From: Thecamonas trahens ATCC 50062
Lineage: Eukaryota > Protista > Apusomonadida
Assembly: GCF_000142905.1 (NCBI RefSeq)
Contig: NW_013657643.1
Span: 204,054 to 268,053 of the forward strand
DNA: 64,000 bases
Direction of reading: 5' to 3'
The notes below the pieces were generated by a model. It was not told the DNA's origin. It was given only the letters and a program-made list of their open reading frames with translations, and did no database searches. Positions 42,772 through 55,042 of the stretch are shown here, piece after piece (position 1 is the stretch's first letter; each line of letters begins with the position of its first letter). Both the position numbers and the translations under genes were made by a program.

Positions 42772-43182
42772 TGCGGGTAGAAGCTGAGCCGCAATGCAGA
42801 GTAGGGAGAGTGGTATGGCTTTCTGCTGCCACATCTCCAGCCATGACCCCGCTACCATTGCTGTGGACAATCACTCCGCTCGCCGAGCGAAACCATCGAT
42901 TCGGTTCGATTGCGAGCCATCGAAGCAGATCGAACACGTTTCGACGAGGCTATGGCGGATCGACCAGCAGTCGGCGGCGTTGACGCCAATTACAATCGTG
43001 TGGGTATGCATGCAAGTCACGGCCATCAGCAGAGGCGGCGGGGAGGGGATAGTGCCGACAAATAAAAGAAAAGGCAAACATTGCCAAAGTGCCCAACAGT
43101 CGCTCTGAGGCCAGTGCCTCGCCCTCCATGGTGGCGGGCACCGTCTCGGCTGGCTTTCTCGGAGGCCACACGACTCGAGACC

Positions 43183-44168
43183 ATGCTGCGGGCGTGTGCG
43201 CAAGGCGACGCGGATGAGGTGGCACGGCTACTTGCGTTGCAGCCGCTTTCTGCGCTGGCGCGGAGCGAGGCAGGCGAGACGGCAGCGCACGTGGCGGCGC
43301 GGGAAGGACAGGCGGCGGTGCTGGAGATTCTGCTGGGCAATGGAACGGCAGCCGGTGGGGCGGATCCGTGCGCACGAACGCATCCTGATCTACGGACCCC
43401 GCTGCTGGTGGCGGTGTATGGTGGCCATCGTGCGGCGGTGGCGGTCCTGCTCGCCCGGACCGAGGCGCTGCATGCTCAGGACGCGTCGGGCGCGTCAGCG
43501 CTGCACGCCGCCATCGCCTGTGGCGAGGCCGACATTGCCGAGATGGTGTTGGCGGCGGCGGTGGCAGAGGGCGAGGAGGCGGTGCGAACGGCGGTGGCAA
43601 GTCGAACGTGGGCCGGCGCCATTCCGCTTCATGCTGCGGCACTGCAGGGCGCTGCAGAGGTGGTGACGACTCTGGTGGATGCTGCAGCTGGCGTCGACGG
43701 CGCCCTCGTCGAAGAGATGCTGGCTGGACGGACAAAGGGTGGCGCTACCGCGCTCATGCTTGCGGTGCTCGCTGGGAGCACTCATGCGGTGGATGTCCTG
43801 CTGACAGCAGGCTCTGACAAGATGGTGGCGATGCGAGCAAAGGAGTCTGGCGCCAACGCGCTGCACTTTGCTGCGGTCTGCGGCGACGCCACCATCTTTG
43901 CTGCACTCCTGCGGCGGGCGCCGGGGCTGGCTAGCAGCTACTCGCGGCATGGGCTGACGCCGGTTCATGTCGCAGCCGCCCATGGCCATCACCAGCTTGT
44001 GGCGGTTCTCGTGGACGAGCTTGATGGCGACGAGCTGGCTACGGTGCTGGCGCAGGTGACTGTTGCACGTAGCGGGGTGGGAATGTGGAGCCTGGCCTGA
44101 CGCCGGAAGACGTAGCGCGGCTGTTTGGCAAGGAGCAGGTCATCCGTGCGCTTGATGAGGCAGCGTGA
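43183..44168 (+). CDS. Ankyrin-repeat protein; the last repeat lies in the -1 frame after ~44075
   Basis: GETAAHVAA, RTPLLVA, GASALHAA, GAIPLHAA, GATALMLA, GANALHFAA, GLTPVHVAA. The shifted frame gives GLTPEDVARLFGKEQVIRALDEAA*. Confidence 0.85.
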
Positions 44169-44208
44169 CAGGTGCGGCAGCTGCAGCCGCAGCCGCAGCC
44201 TCCTACCT

Positions 44209-45285
44209 TTACTCGGGAGTTGACTCGAGGCCGAGATCGGCGAGCACGGTGCTAGCCTGGGCCTCGACCTGGTCGATGATGCGCTGAACCTCGGGAAGAA
44301 TAAGTGAGTCGCCGACCGTGTTGGAGCCTTCGCCCTGGTGGGGGAGGTCTGCGGCCGGCGGCTCCGCCTCGGGCGATGGGGCTCTGCGTGCCGGCAGTGG
44401 CAAGCCGCGAGCACGTAGATGGCGCAGAAGCTCGTCGTAGTCGTTGCGGAGGGAAGACTCACGAGCGAGGGCGCGCTTGAGGCGAGCGCCGGTGTCGTCG
44501 AGTACGCCGTAGAGGAGCTTGAGCTCGTTGGCCATGCGCCGGTTGTCGCGGACGATCTGGCGGGTCTCGCGCGAGATGACCTCGAGCGTCGCCTGCTTTG
44601 CCCTCTGCTCGAGGTGCTCGAGGCGATCCTGGTAGAGCTGGGCAGCTTGCTCGACCTGGGCATTAAGCGAGGCCTCCTGGTCGGCGAGCGACTCGATGTT
44701 GGCCATGCGCGAGGCGTGGAGCTCGGCCTGCAGCGAGTCCAGCTCCTCTAGAATAAAGTCTTTGGAGGCCTTGAACTCGCGAAGCTCGATGGTCTCGACC
44801 TCCAGGCGTTCGTACTCGTAGTGGGCCGAGTCGAGCTCGGACTCGAGCTCGAGAATGCGGGCCTCGTACTTGTGGGCCACCGCGGCAAGCTCGGCCTCAA
44901 ACGCCGACGCCGACGCCGACAGCTTTGACTGCGTCGCCGACAGCGTCGCCTCGCGATCGGCGAGCTCCTGGTTGAGAAAGGAGATCATGAGCTGCGGATC
45001 ACGGTCATCGTGAGCAAGCGCCGTCCGTAGAAGCGTGTTCTCTCGTGACAGCCGCTGGACCTGGCCCCTGTACTTGGTCACCTCCAGCCCTTCTTTCCGC
45101 AGCGCCTCCCTCAGTTTGCGCACCTCCTCGGTCTTCTCGGCCAGCTCCCTCTTGGCCTCGCGCCCGCCGGTAGCCTTCCCGCCTCTGCCACGCTTGCCGG
45201 TCTTCCTTCCCCGCCCCACCACTCCTGCTGCAAGCCCAGCTACTGTCCCCGGCCCCACCGTGGCCTCCGCCTCGCCCTCCTGCAT
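44209..45285 (-). CDS. Coiled-coil protein, BBOF1/CCDC166/CFAP157-like (basal body/cilia)
   Basis: Basic N-terminus GKRGRGGK; LMISFLNQEL; ELREFKASKDFILEEL; RETRQIVRDNRRMANEL. Pattern resembles DUF4515-type proteins. Confidence 0.55.
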   Translation of the reverse strand: MQEGEAEATVGPGTVAGLAAGVVGRGRKTGKRGRGGKATGGREAKRELAEKTEEVRKLREALRKEGLEVTKYRGQVQRLSRENTLLRTALAHDDRDPQLMISFLNQELADREATLSATQSKLSASASAFEAELAAVAHKYEARILELESELDSAHYEYERLEVETIELREFKASKDFILEELDSLQAELHASRMANIESLADQEASLNAQVEQAAQLYQDRLEHLEQRAKQATLEVISRETRQIVRDNRRMANELKLLYGVLDDTGARLKRALARESSLRNDYDELLRHLRARGLPLPARRAPSPEAEPPAADLPHQGEGSNTVGDSLILPEVQRIIDQVEAQASTVLADLGLESTPE

Positions 45286-45375
45286 CCACTCCTCGGCCTG
45301 AGGCGTGTCGTCAAGTGCTGCCGCCCATCTTGGCCGGGCTGCCTACAACTGGCAGAGTGAGGGGCAGCGGGGGTG

Positions 45376-46832
45376 TTACTCATCGTTCCCGCCATCGTCG
45401 GGGTCGTCGGCGTCGGCGCGCTCGATGTCGTCGGGAATGTCGATGGGGACCACGTCGCCGTCATCGTTGATGTGAGCCTCGCCCTCAAAGTAGCTGATGT
45501 CGGCAGCCATGAAGCGGAAGGTGTACGGGCCGTCGATGCCAGGTGCTTCTGGCTGCGGAAAGGCGACGGTCGGCGGCGTTGTGGTGCCGGCAAAGAACTG
45601 CGGCCACGACATGGCGAGATCGACGGCCGGGCGGGCCTGCCCGTTGGCGTCAAAGACCTCAGCTCGGACATCATTGAGCATACGGGCAAACATGGCCGGT
45701 GGGGCGTAGAGCGTGGCCTCGATCTTGCGGAACTGGTTGTGGGTGTAGTAGAGCTCCTGCGAGGACAAAAGTGCCGCTGCCCGCGCGACAGCTGGATCCG
45801 GGTTGTTGACCACGGCAAGCCCGCCCTGGGTGGGGTGGGCGAGGATGAACTCGTCGACGACAAAGTGTGCGGTCTCGGGCGTGATGAGCGTGCCATCGGC
45901 ATCGTGCCCGCGGCAGATAAACGTACGTCGCCAGCCTCGGACATGACGCCGACAAAGGTGTCCGGGTGCGGGGCCGGCTTGTCAAAGGCCGAGACAAGCG
46001 GGATGAGGAGCGACGCCATGCAGCGGCCGGAGAAGACTACGTCGAGCGCCTTGCCGTTCTTTCGCAGCCGCACATCAACCGTCACTCCGGTCGCCAGATG
46101 CCGAGTTGGCGAGTTGTTGCGGGCCGTGATGAACGCAGCCTCAAAGGCTTCGTTGTGGTGGACGGAGGCCCGGGCCGGCGAGGTGATGAAGACCGGCGAG
46201 TGGTAGAGCGCCACCAGATCAGCGTAGTCCTCGGCACGGAGCGCGCCGCACGCGCGGTACTCTGCAGGATGTAGCGGGAAAACGCCGACAAAGCCGTGCG
46301 GCATAAAGTCGGCGGTGTGGAGCGGAGGCTCAGAGGACCATCGCTCGCTGCGGCCGGGGCCTTGGCGGGTTCCAGTCAGGACAGGGTCAGCCACCAGCAG
46401 CGCGCCCTGATCGCCGTGATCATGTGGGTCCTGGTTGGTAAACGTCCATCCCATGGTCTGGGCCGTCTCACCAGGGTAGAACGTCGGCCCGTCGCTCTGC
46501 ATCTGCAAGAACAGTCCGTTGGTCTGTGCCACCGATTCCATCAGCTCCTGGTTGGTCTCGGAGCCAAGCGGCAGATGCCACACAGCCTCGGTTCCAGTCA
46601 CCCACGACCAGCCAAAAGTGACTACAAGCGTATGCGGCGGACATCCGAGCTTGCTTGCCTTCTCTTCGTCCAGCGCCACCGCCATCGTGCTCGAATCAGG
46701 CGAGAGGGTGTCCACCACCGCCGTGCTCTCTACGCCCAGTCGAGCGGCGATAGCCTTGCGGTACGCCTCGCGAGCAGATGCAAGCTCTTCCGCGCTGCCG
46801 CCTTCCCACACCTTACTAGTAGTCACACCCAT
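45376..46832 (-). CDS. Hypothetical protein with MGxxxS N-terminus; frame change at ~45925 (101-nt intron 45826-45926 or 1-nt deletion)
   Basis: Globular-looking sequence in ORF 45240-46853 up to ...EAGD, continuing in ORF 45376-45813. A GTACGT...CCCAG intron restores the frame. Confidence 0.65.
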
Positions 46833-47219
46833 GAACGCTCTTGACAGAAACAAATGTGGCGTGTCCGCACGCGTCGACCTTGTATGTGTCGGTGTCGGTG
46901 TGTCTTGAGGAGGGTCACTCGCCTTTCTATTCTTCGAAACTTGGGCTCATTGCTTTTTTTTCGATGGAAACCGAAGCCTTTTCTTCGCCATGGCCGACAG
47001 CATTGCCATCATCACCAAGCCACACATCAGCCGCACAACAGCCACATATCAGCATCAGCCAAAAGTAACATGGGCTCGCCGTGCTTGACAACCGATCAGC
47101 TCACCCGCGGGGCTTTGACGCATAAGCAATCAATGAGCATATGTTAATCGTGCCCACATGCGGCGCGTTGGGCAGGTGAGATTGCTGAGTGCTATCTGAC
47201 TCTGTCGCTAGCTCGTGTC

Positions 47220-50200
47220 ATGGGCAACGCTGAAAGCCAAGTCAGCGGACGCATGCGACGTGCGAGCGAGCCCTTTGCAAGGGCAACAGCTACCGCTGAA
47301 CCAACCCATGTGCAGACCAATGATGATGCAGAGTCTGCTGCTTCCCTCCCTGTCACCGCTATCCTCTCCTCCTTGGCTCGCCCAGATTCATGTACGTTCC
47401 CCCCCCCCCCCTCCTCCTCCTCCTCCCTGCCCTCCCCTGCCCTCCTCCTCCCCACACTGACGGAACATATGGCCTTCCCCCGACCACCACCTCCTCACCC
47501 CCCCCCCCCCCCCCCTCACCCCCATCCCCTTCTCCCGCTGTGCAGCTGGTGCTCGAGACCTACGGCATGAGATTGCTTCCGTTCTGGCTGCAGGTGGGGC
47601 GCTGACCTCGATCGACTCGAGGACTCGCGAGGTGGAGCACATGCTGGAGGAGATCATGGCGGTGGCGAGGCATACTGGGCATGATGAGAGTGGCAGAGAG
47701 GAGGATGCTGCTCTGCCGCCGCTCCCGCCGCCGATTAGACATGTCGAGTCGCCGCATCCGTACCGCAACTCCATGGACGAGACGTGGCAGGTGGAGATTC
47801 CCGGCGCACAGGGTCTGGCCCTCTCCTGGGCGCCCAACTGCAAGACCGAGACGCGGTACGACAAGGTGTATGTGTACCGATCAGCAGGCCACTCTGACGA
47901 GGTCGCCATGTTTACCGGTACCAACTTTCGTGGGCTCACTATCGACAACACCGATCGGGTCTACATCCGGCTCGTCACCGACTCCTCCAACACCGAGTGG
48001 GGCTTTGCGGTCGACATCGCCGCCACAGCCATGGCTGGTCCACTCACAGCACCGCCGCCTGCACCGCACCTGCCGGCTGACCTCGCCCATCTCGCTTCCG
48101 CGTCCGGCGCGCCTGGCGCTACCGCTGGCGCCGCCGATGCCGCTGCGATGCAGGCCGCCGCCACCAACACTATGCTCGCGTGCGTGGTGGAGCTGATGAA
48201 GGCGCAAGCCGCCACTTCGCCGCAGCTCAACACCTTTATCCTCTCGGCTTTTGCTGACCTCATGGCTGGCGCCGGGCCGGGCTCGCTCCTCGACGTCTCG
48301 CCGCTCATCGGCACCGCCCTCGACCACTTTCGCCGCTACGTCGCCGAGCTCATGGCTGCCGACGACACGGTCGCGCGGCAGGCCCTCCTCCCGCGCGAGC
48401 TCGAGCCCAAGGTCACCATGCTCATGGCTGCCATGCCCATTGCATCGGGTTCACTCGCGGCGCTGCTCCATCTTCTCCCACAACTCTTCTCAGGCGGCTC
48501 GTACAACACGCCAATTGCCCTCGCCCCGCAGCTAGCATCATGGGCGCGGTGGCAGGCAGAGCTGCCCTCGCCCGGCCCGGCTGCGCTGGCTATGCACATT
48601 CCGGAAGATCCGCCCATCGCCTCGTTCTTTGTGTGTCATGATGGCGACCGCGTCGTGCCTGGCAAGGTCACCTCGGACGGGACGACGCTCTTTGCGCTCC
48701 ACGCCTCTACGATCCTTGCCGTCGCTACCGGCTTTGGCGCAGCCCGCGCCGGCTCGGTCGTTCGCGCCGCAGTTGTCCAGGGCCTCTCGTCAGGCGCTTG
48801 TCGTGGCCTCTTCTTCTTTGCAGGCACCGGCCTCATTGCATTTACCGACTCGGGCCGAGTCGTTCGCATCTCGCCCACCACCCTTGCTGTGGAGGCCACT
48901 GACATGGTGCCCGAAGAGTTCTCCACCACTGCCCAGCTCTGCTCCGACGGCGTTTATCTCTATGCTGTTGCCTACTCGGCCGCGACGACTACCACAGTTG
49001 AGGTCTATCATCCTTCAGACCTCGCCCACCCTCTGCGAACTGTTGCCGTCGCCCACGTTGTGACTGCCAGCGAGCGGGTCTATTTGCCGTACACAAATGG
49101 CGAGGTCATGGTCTTCCCGTCCGCAAATCGACTCGTCGCAGTCTCGCTGCGGTCTGGCGACCTCGTCCGCTCCCGTCCAATCTCGCCTGCTGAGCCATCG
49201 GCGCTCACCGAGCCGCTGCCGGGCTTCCCCGCCCCGCTCCGCTCGGCATTGCTTCGTGCGTACGATCCCGCCACCAACGCGGTGTGGGTTGTCGCTCAGT
49301 GTGGTCTCGTTGCTGCGCTCCCCTGCCCAGGAATCGTCCACCCTGTCCCGTCCGACATCGTCCATGCGCAGGCCCGTGCCTCTATTCTTAGTCCCTTCGT
49401 TGAAGTGGGCCGTGCTGGTGCGTCTTTGAGTGGAAGCGTGCTCACCCAAGGCCGTGCCGGCTTTGCCATGCTCCATCTCATCGACTTTCACCTGGCGCCT
49501 CTGCTTCCGACCTGGCTCGCTGCCGGCGATGAGAGCGGATCGGCACTGCCGCTCCCGGTCTCGGCAGAGTCGCAATGGGTGAGCAAGCTGCCGTTTGCGC
49601 TCGAGTTTGCGCCGCACGCCGACGTGTTTGGCCCGATGGTGGACCTGCTCCGCGCTGCTGCTGTTGCCGCCACGCCCACCGGGTGGTGGTCAGACAAGGT
49701 GGCAGGCACAGCGCCGATCTCCAACGCTGACTGGCTCGGCCTCTCGGACGCGCCGCAGGCCGACCGCATCTACGCGCTTCTTGTCGTTCTTCGCATGCTC
49801 CTTACCCAGTGCGTTCACCTCTCGCGGTTTGGTCGCTCCGCCGCCGACTACGGCATGACCCGCAGCGTCTCGTCCGCGCTGGTCGAGATGCTGTACGGAC
49901 TCATCAATTTTCCGCTCGAGGCTACGTGGGCGGCGGCGCAGCTTGCTGCCGCCAAGCGCGTCCGAGCCCACGCGCTCGAGCTGGCATCCGGCGTTGGCTT
50001 TTCGCACGTCTTCCCCTCTACCGACCAACAGCTCGCAGTCTTTGCCGATCTCCTCGCAACGCCGGCTGCCGAGCTCGCGCCAGGCAAGGCACGTGTTCTC
50101 GGTGCGCTCATCTCATCCGAATCCGACTCGATCTTGGCGTCCTTGGGCGACGCTGGCGCCGTCGACGCGTCGCGGAACACCCTCTTTGCCATCCTCGCTC

Positions 50201-53200
50201 AGCTCGCCCGTGCTGTCGAGACTGTTGCCGCCCGTGCGCCGGTCAGCGAGCTTGTCGCGTCGCTTGCGAGTCCTGCCTTTGACGCCGTCGCCCGCGACAT
50301 GCACTGCTCTGAAATCGATCGCTGCCTCGGCGACCTGGCGGCTTCGCCGCTGGTCGAGCTTCTCGTCCGGGCGCAGACCGTCCTCCACGCTGCGCCTAAC
50401 CTCGACGGCCTCGCTAGTCTCAAGGCCGACTACGTGGTCCGCCTCTTGGAGCATGCCATGACCGAGCTCGACCGTGCCGATGAGCTGGCGGCGGCGCTGC
50501 TGGCGGAAGCACCTGTCGCGACAGGCGCGTGCGCCGAGCTCCGAGCCGCAGTGGTCATGCGTGCTTTTGACAGTACCTACGGCCAGCTCCTCCCGCATGC
50601 GCTTGCCGAGTCTCTTGCTGCGTTGAAATCCTATCCGCGGTTTGCTGGGCGAATGCACGGCCTCCTCGCCGCTGTCCTCGCCCGGGCCGAGGCCATTCAG
50701 GCTCACTTTGGTCTCGAGGGCGAGGCCGGCTCCGGCTCCTCGCTCCACATGCCACAAGTTGTCGAGTCGGCGCATCCGTATCCCAACAACGACGACCGCG
50801 AGTGGACGATTGCATTTGACGGCGTCGCCGCCATCGAAGCCGTCTTTGACGCCCGCTGCTCTTCCGAGTCGAACCGCGATACGCTCACGCTCACAGACTC
50901 GGCCAACAGGCTGTACGCGTTCTCCGGGCCCAACTGGCAGCAAGAGCCGCTGCAGCTCACAGGCCCAACCGTATTTGTCTCGTGGCAGTCCGACTACTCG
51001 AACAACGACTGGGGCTTCCGCATCACCTTCCGGCCGCAAGTCCGTCAGCCGTTGGTTCTCGACTCTGTGGCGTCAGCCGCATCGTGGTCGCTCGTCCACG
51101 CCCTCGCGTGTATGGTCGGCGAGTCCGATCCCGAGGCACCCGACGTCGCCTCGCTTTCGCCGCTCGAGCGCAAGTGGCTTGAATCGCCGCTCCTTCACAA
51201 CGGCTACCGCGAGCCACTGACGCCGGAGGCCAAGGCTGAACTGTTGCTGCTTGTCGGCTCGCTTGCCGATTATGCTGCTGATGCAGTCACCCCGCTGGTG
51301 CTAGCCTGGGACGATCCAGCTGACATTGCGCTGTACCACACTTTTGTCGCTGTTCACCTCCACCACGCGTCGGCTGTTGGCGCCGCCTCCAGCCTGGCGG
51401 CCGCGCTCGCGGCTGGCACTCGCCCGATCAAGCCGCCGGCGTGGCTTGCCGCCGCGTGGGAGGCCGCTGGGAAGACGCTCAAGTGGCTGGAGGGCTTGCT
51501 CTCAGCCGACAAGTCGGCGGCTAGCTCGACACAGCTCACCAGTTCGATCACCGCTGAGCGCCGGAGGAGCATGGTTGCCGAGCTCTTGACCAAGGCTGAC
51601 TTTCTGCTCTCGCTAGAGCCGGCGTGTTCGACCGAGCAGGTGTTTGTGGCCAAGGCTGAGGGTCCACCGGTGGCCGACAAAGCCGCGCCTGGCGACAACA
51701 GCGATGCAGGCACGCGGGCACGGGCGCGGTGGCACAAGGCCATGCGCGCCGCGCGCATTGTCTCGCGCTTCAAGTCGTGGCAGTCGGCCATGAAGACTGG
51801 CTCGGAGCGCCGGTCGCGGGTCCTGAGCATTGGCGCACTCTCGGCCGCCATCCACGGCTTTGTTGCCACCAAAGACGCGCTCAACGCGTTGAGCCTGACC
51901 GAGCTGCTGCAGGCGCAAAAGATCAAGGCCCAGTTGCGGCTCGCCGGCTTTCATGGTGTGCAAGCGCTACTGCATCCGGCAGAGCCCGGAAGCGCGGTGC
52001 TGGACGCCTCGCTCAAGGCGGTCCTCCTGCACGAGCTCGGCCTGGCGTTTGCGTCGATGTCGCTGCGCGACATGCTCGCTGCGCCACGGACGCTCTCTGA
52101 GCAGTGCCTCCGCGCCCAGTTTGAGCTGCTGGCGTCGATGGCAAATGGGCTGACGCTCGAGGCTGCGGTGTCAGGTTCAAGCTCGCCCATCGAGCGTCAG
52201 CTGCTCACGGTTGCCCTGTGCAACGTCCAGCTTCCGGACGCGCCGAGTGACAAGAGCCTCTTTCTGCAGTCGGGCGTGCTGGACAAGTTGCTGGACCTGC
52301 TGCGGGTGTGCCGCGGTTCGGACGCGCCATCACAGCACCTGTGGAAGACGACCATGCTCGTGGCCTCGTCGCTAGTCATCCAGATGGTGAGCACGCTTGA
52401 TCTGGGCTTGGACGGCGCCGCAGCCATCGGCTCGCGGCTGGTGGACGTGCTCATGACCGCTCTCGAGGCCGTGCGCCCTAGTATGCCGCAGCAAGCGGTT
52501 GTTGCGGTTCTGACTCTGCTGGCGCAAGTCGCGCGCCGGGCACCGCCTCAGCTGGTCCAGCGCGAGCTCTGCAACCCACCGCGGCTGGCGATGCTGCTAC
52601 AGACGGCGCGTTGCCACGAGAGTGTCGAAGTTTTGAGCGTTGTTCTCTCACTGCTCGGCGACATCCTGCCGGGCGCGTCCGAGCCGGGCGCGCTTGCTGC
52701 CCAGGTTGTGGTCGGCACGGCTAGCATTCCGCTTGTCCAGGCGCTTGTCCAGGAGCTTGCTCGTTGCCTCTCCGGCGAGTACGTCACGGTGGGATTGAGC
52801 GTCTTTGGCTGCGAAGTGCAGTCTTGGGACGATGCTCAAGGTCTTGCCTCTGATCTCGCCGCGCTTGTTCGTAAGCTCCTCGATGCGTCTGCCGCGTGGG
52901 GCGAGGTGACAAGCACGGTGCTGGATGACGCATTGATGGGAGCGTGTGTGCTCACCACGGGTGTTGCGGACGGGTCGATCAGAAGCATGGACGACTTTCT
53001 CGCTGCGCCCGAAGTGGTCCGTGGTGCATGGCAAAGTGCGGCTGCGCTCTACGTGCTTGGCTCGGACCTCCCGCTGCTCCGGGCTGGTGCGGCAGCAAAC
53101 GCGGTGGCCGACGGCGAGCGCATGCGCCACGGGCGGGTGCTCGCGCTGCGACCGGCGCATGCGCTCTTCCTCGCCGACGGGGCGCAGACGCTGTCTGCGG

Positions 53201-55011
53201 TGTGGCTCCCGCGCGAAGTGCTCAAGCCCCGGCCACTCGCGCCTGTCAAGCGGCCGCTGGTGGGCGTGGTGTCAGAGCGTGCGCGCGACGCCATCTCTGC
53301 ACTTGCGTTCTCGTCTACTGGAAACAGCTTTGCGAGCGACAAGTCACTGTCGGCGGTCTGGGCCGAGCTGCAGTGGCGGGCACTTGAAGTGGTTTCTGCC
53401 CTGGTTATCGAGGCGCCACAGGCGCTGGGCGATGACTACCTGCTCACGCTGCTCAATTCGCTTGGCTCTGCAGGCTCGTGGACGCTCGAAGCCGATGCAA
53501 GCGCGGCGCGGCGGCTCATTCCGACCATTGCGTCGCGGGCAGCCGGGCAGGGCGTGGTGCCTGGCGGCGGCGCCGGCGGCGTTTCGCACGCGTCTGAGAC
53601 AGTCTCGGGCGAGCTGTTTGAACCGCTACTGGCCAGGCTCTCGACCGGGAGCTTCAGCCTCAGTGCGTTTGGTGAGGTACCGGCGACGATCATCGAGCGG
53701 GTCTCGTTTGAGGAGCTGCCGCTGCCACCGGGATGGGAGGCGCGGGCGACAGACCTCGGCCGGCTGGTGTATGTCAATCACACGTCACGGACAACACAAT
53801 GGGAGGATCCTCGTGGCGAGGCCGCGCTCTCAATGTCGACAATGGTTGCTGGATCTGGGACTGCGCTTGCGGCGAGTGAGAGTGACGAGCTCGGGCTCAA
53901 GGTGTACTCAGCATTCCCTGTGCCGCACTTCGAGTCATCACGGGGGTACATCGCCGAGAACGCGAGCCTCGGGCCTCAAGTCGCCGGCAACGCCGTCATG
54001 GTAACGGCCAAGGCTGTCGACAACGGCGAAAAGCTGAATGCGATGTACGCGCGGGTGGTCGACGCCGGCGCGGCGCTCATGGTGGTGCCGGACACGCTCA
54101 GTTCGCACGTGCAGACGCTGGTGGCAACGTCGCTGGCGGCGCTGGTCCGGCCGGAGACCAAGGTGGCGGTGATGGTGAGCCGTGTTGGGAGTCCGATTCT
54201 GGGCGAGGTCAACGCGCGCGCTGCGGGGCGCGAGGTCTTTGTCACCTCCGAAGGCCTGTTTCGGCCGGACCGGATTCTGACTGCCGCGCGGGGCGCGAGC
54301 TCGGTAGAGTCCATTCGGCGGGAGCTGGCGGCTGGCTCGCAGTCTGCAGCGGCGGCGGCGGAGCGGGCGGGTGCGGCGGTCGACATTCCGAGCGCCGTGC
54401 CGGACCTCGCGTTTGCAACACGCGCACTCTCGTCGTGGCGCCCGTCGCCGGTGGTCAACCTCGGGACTCGGGCCAAGTACCTGAACCTGATGGACGAGCC
54501 CGATGGCGGCGCCGGTGCCGACGCCGACGCCGGTGAGGCCGCTGCCGCTTCGGCAGTGACCCTCGAGTCGGCGTCAAGCGATGCAGGCGGGCGACAGACC
54601 ATGCTCGAACTCCTGGTTGCAAACTCGAATACCCGCTCGAGGCGCTGCTGGTCAAGGCGTACACCACGCTTGCGAGTGTCATCCGGCAGCAATTGCTTTG
54701 CGATGTCTTCTCGCAGTGGTCGCCTGAGGCGTTTCTCGGTTTTGCCGAGCGCGCCGATCCGCAGGCGCTGGCTGCGTTTGTGCACGCGTACGTGCTGACT
54801 CAGAAACCATCGGCATATCTCAGGGCATCCAACGTGAACGTTGTTCCATGGCGGCCGCTGACGCAGTTCTTGGCATCGATCAACGCGCTGTATGCCAAGT
54901 CCGCGGCGCCGAGTAAGCGGCCGTTGCCGCAGCCCGAGCCGCAATCGCAGCCCGAGCCGCAGCCCGAGCCCGAGCCGCAACCCGGACCCGAGCCCGAGCC
55001 GCAACCCGAGC

Positions 55012-55042
<31 letters not shown>

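Noticed and set aside
44056-44072. 17-nt GT-AG micro-intron restoring the ankyrin frame as evidence for a tiny-intron system
   Set aside because: Other frame breaks lack comparable micro-introns, the well-supported introns here are about 95-775 nt, and a missing G in the adjacent G run explains it more simply.
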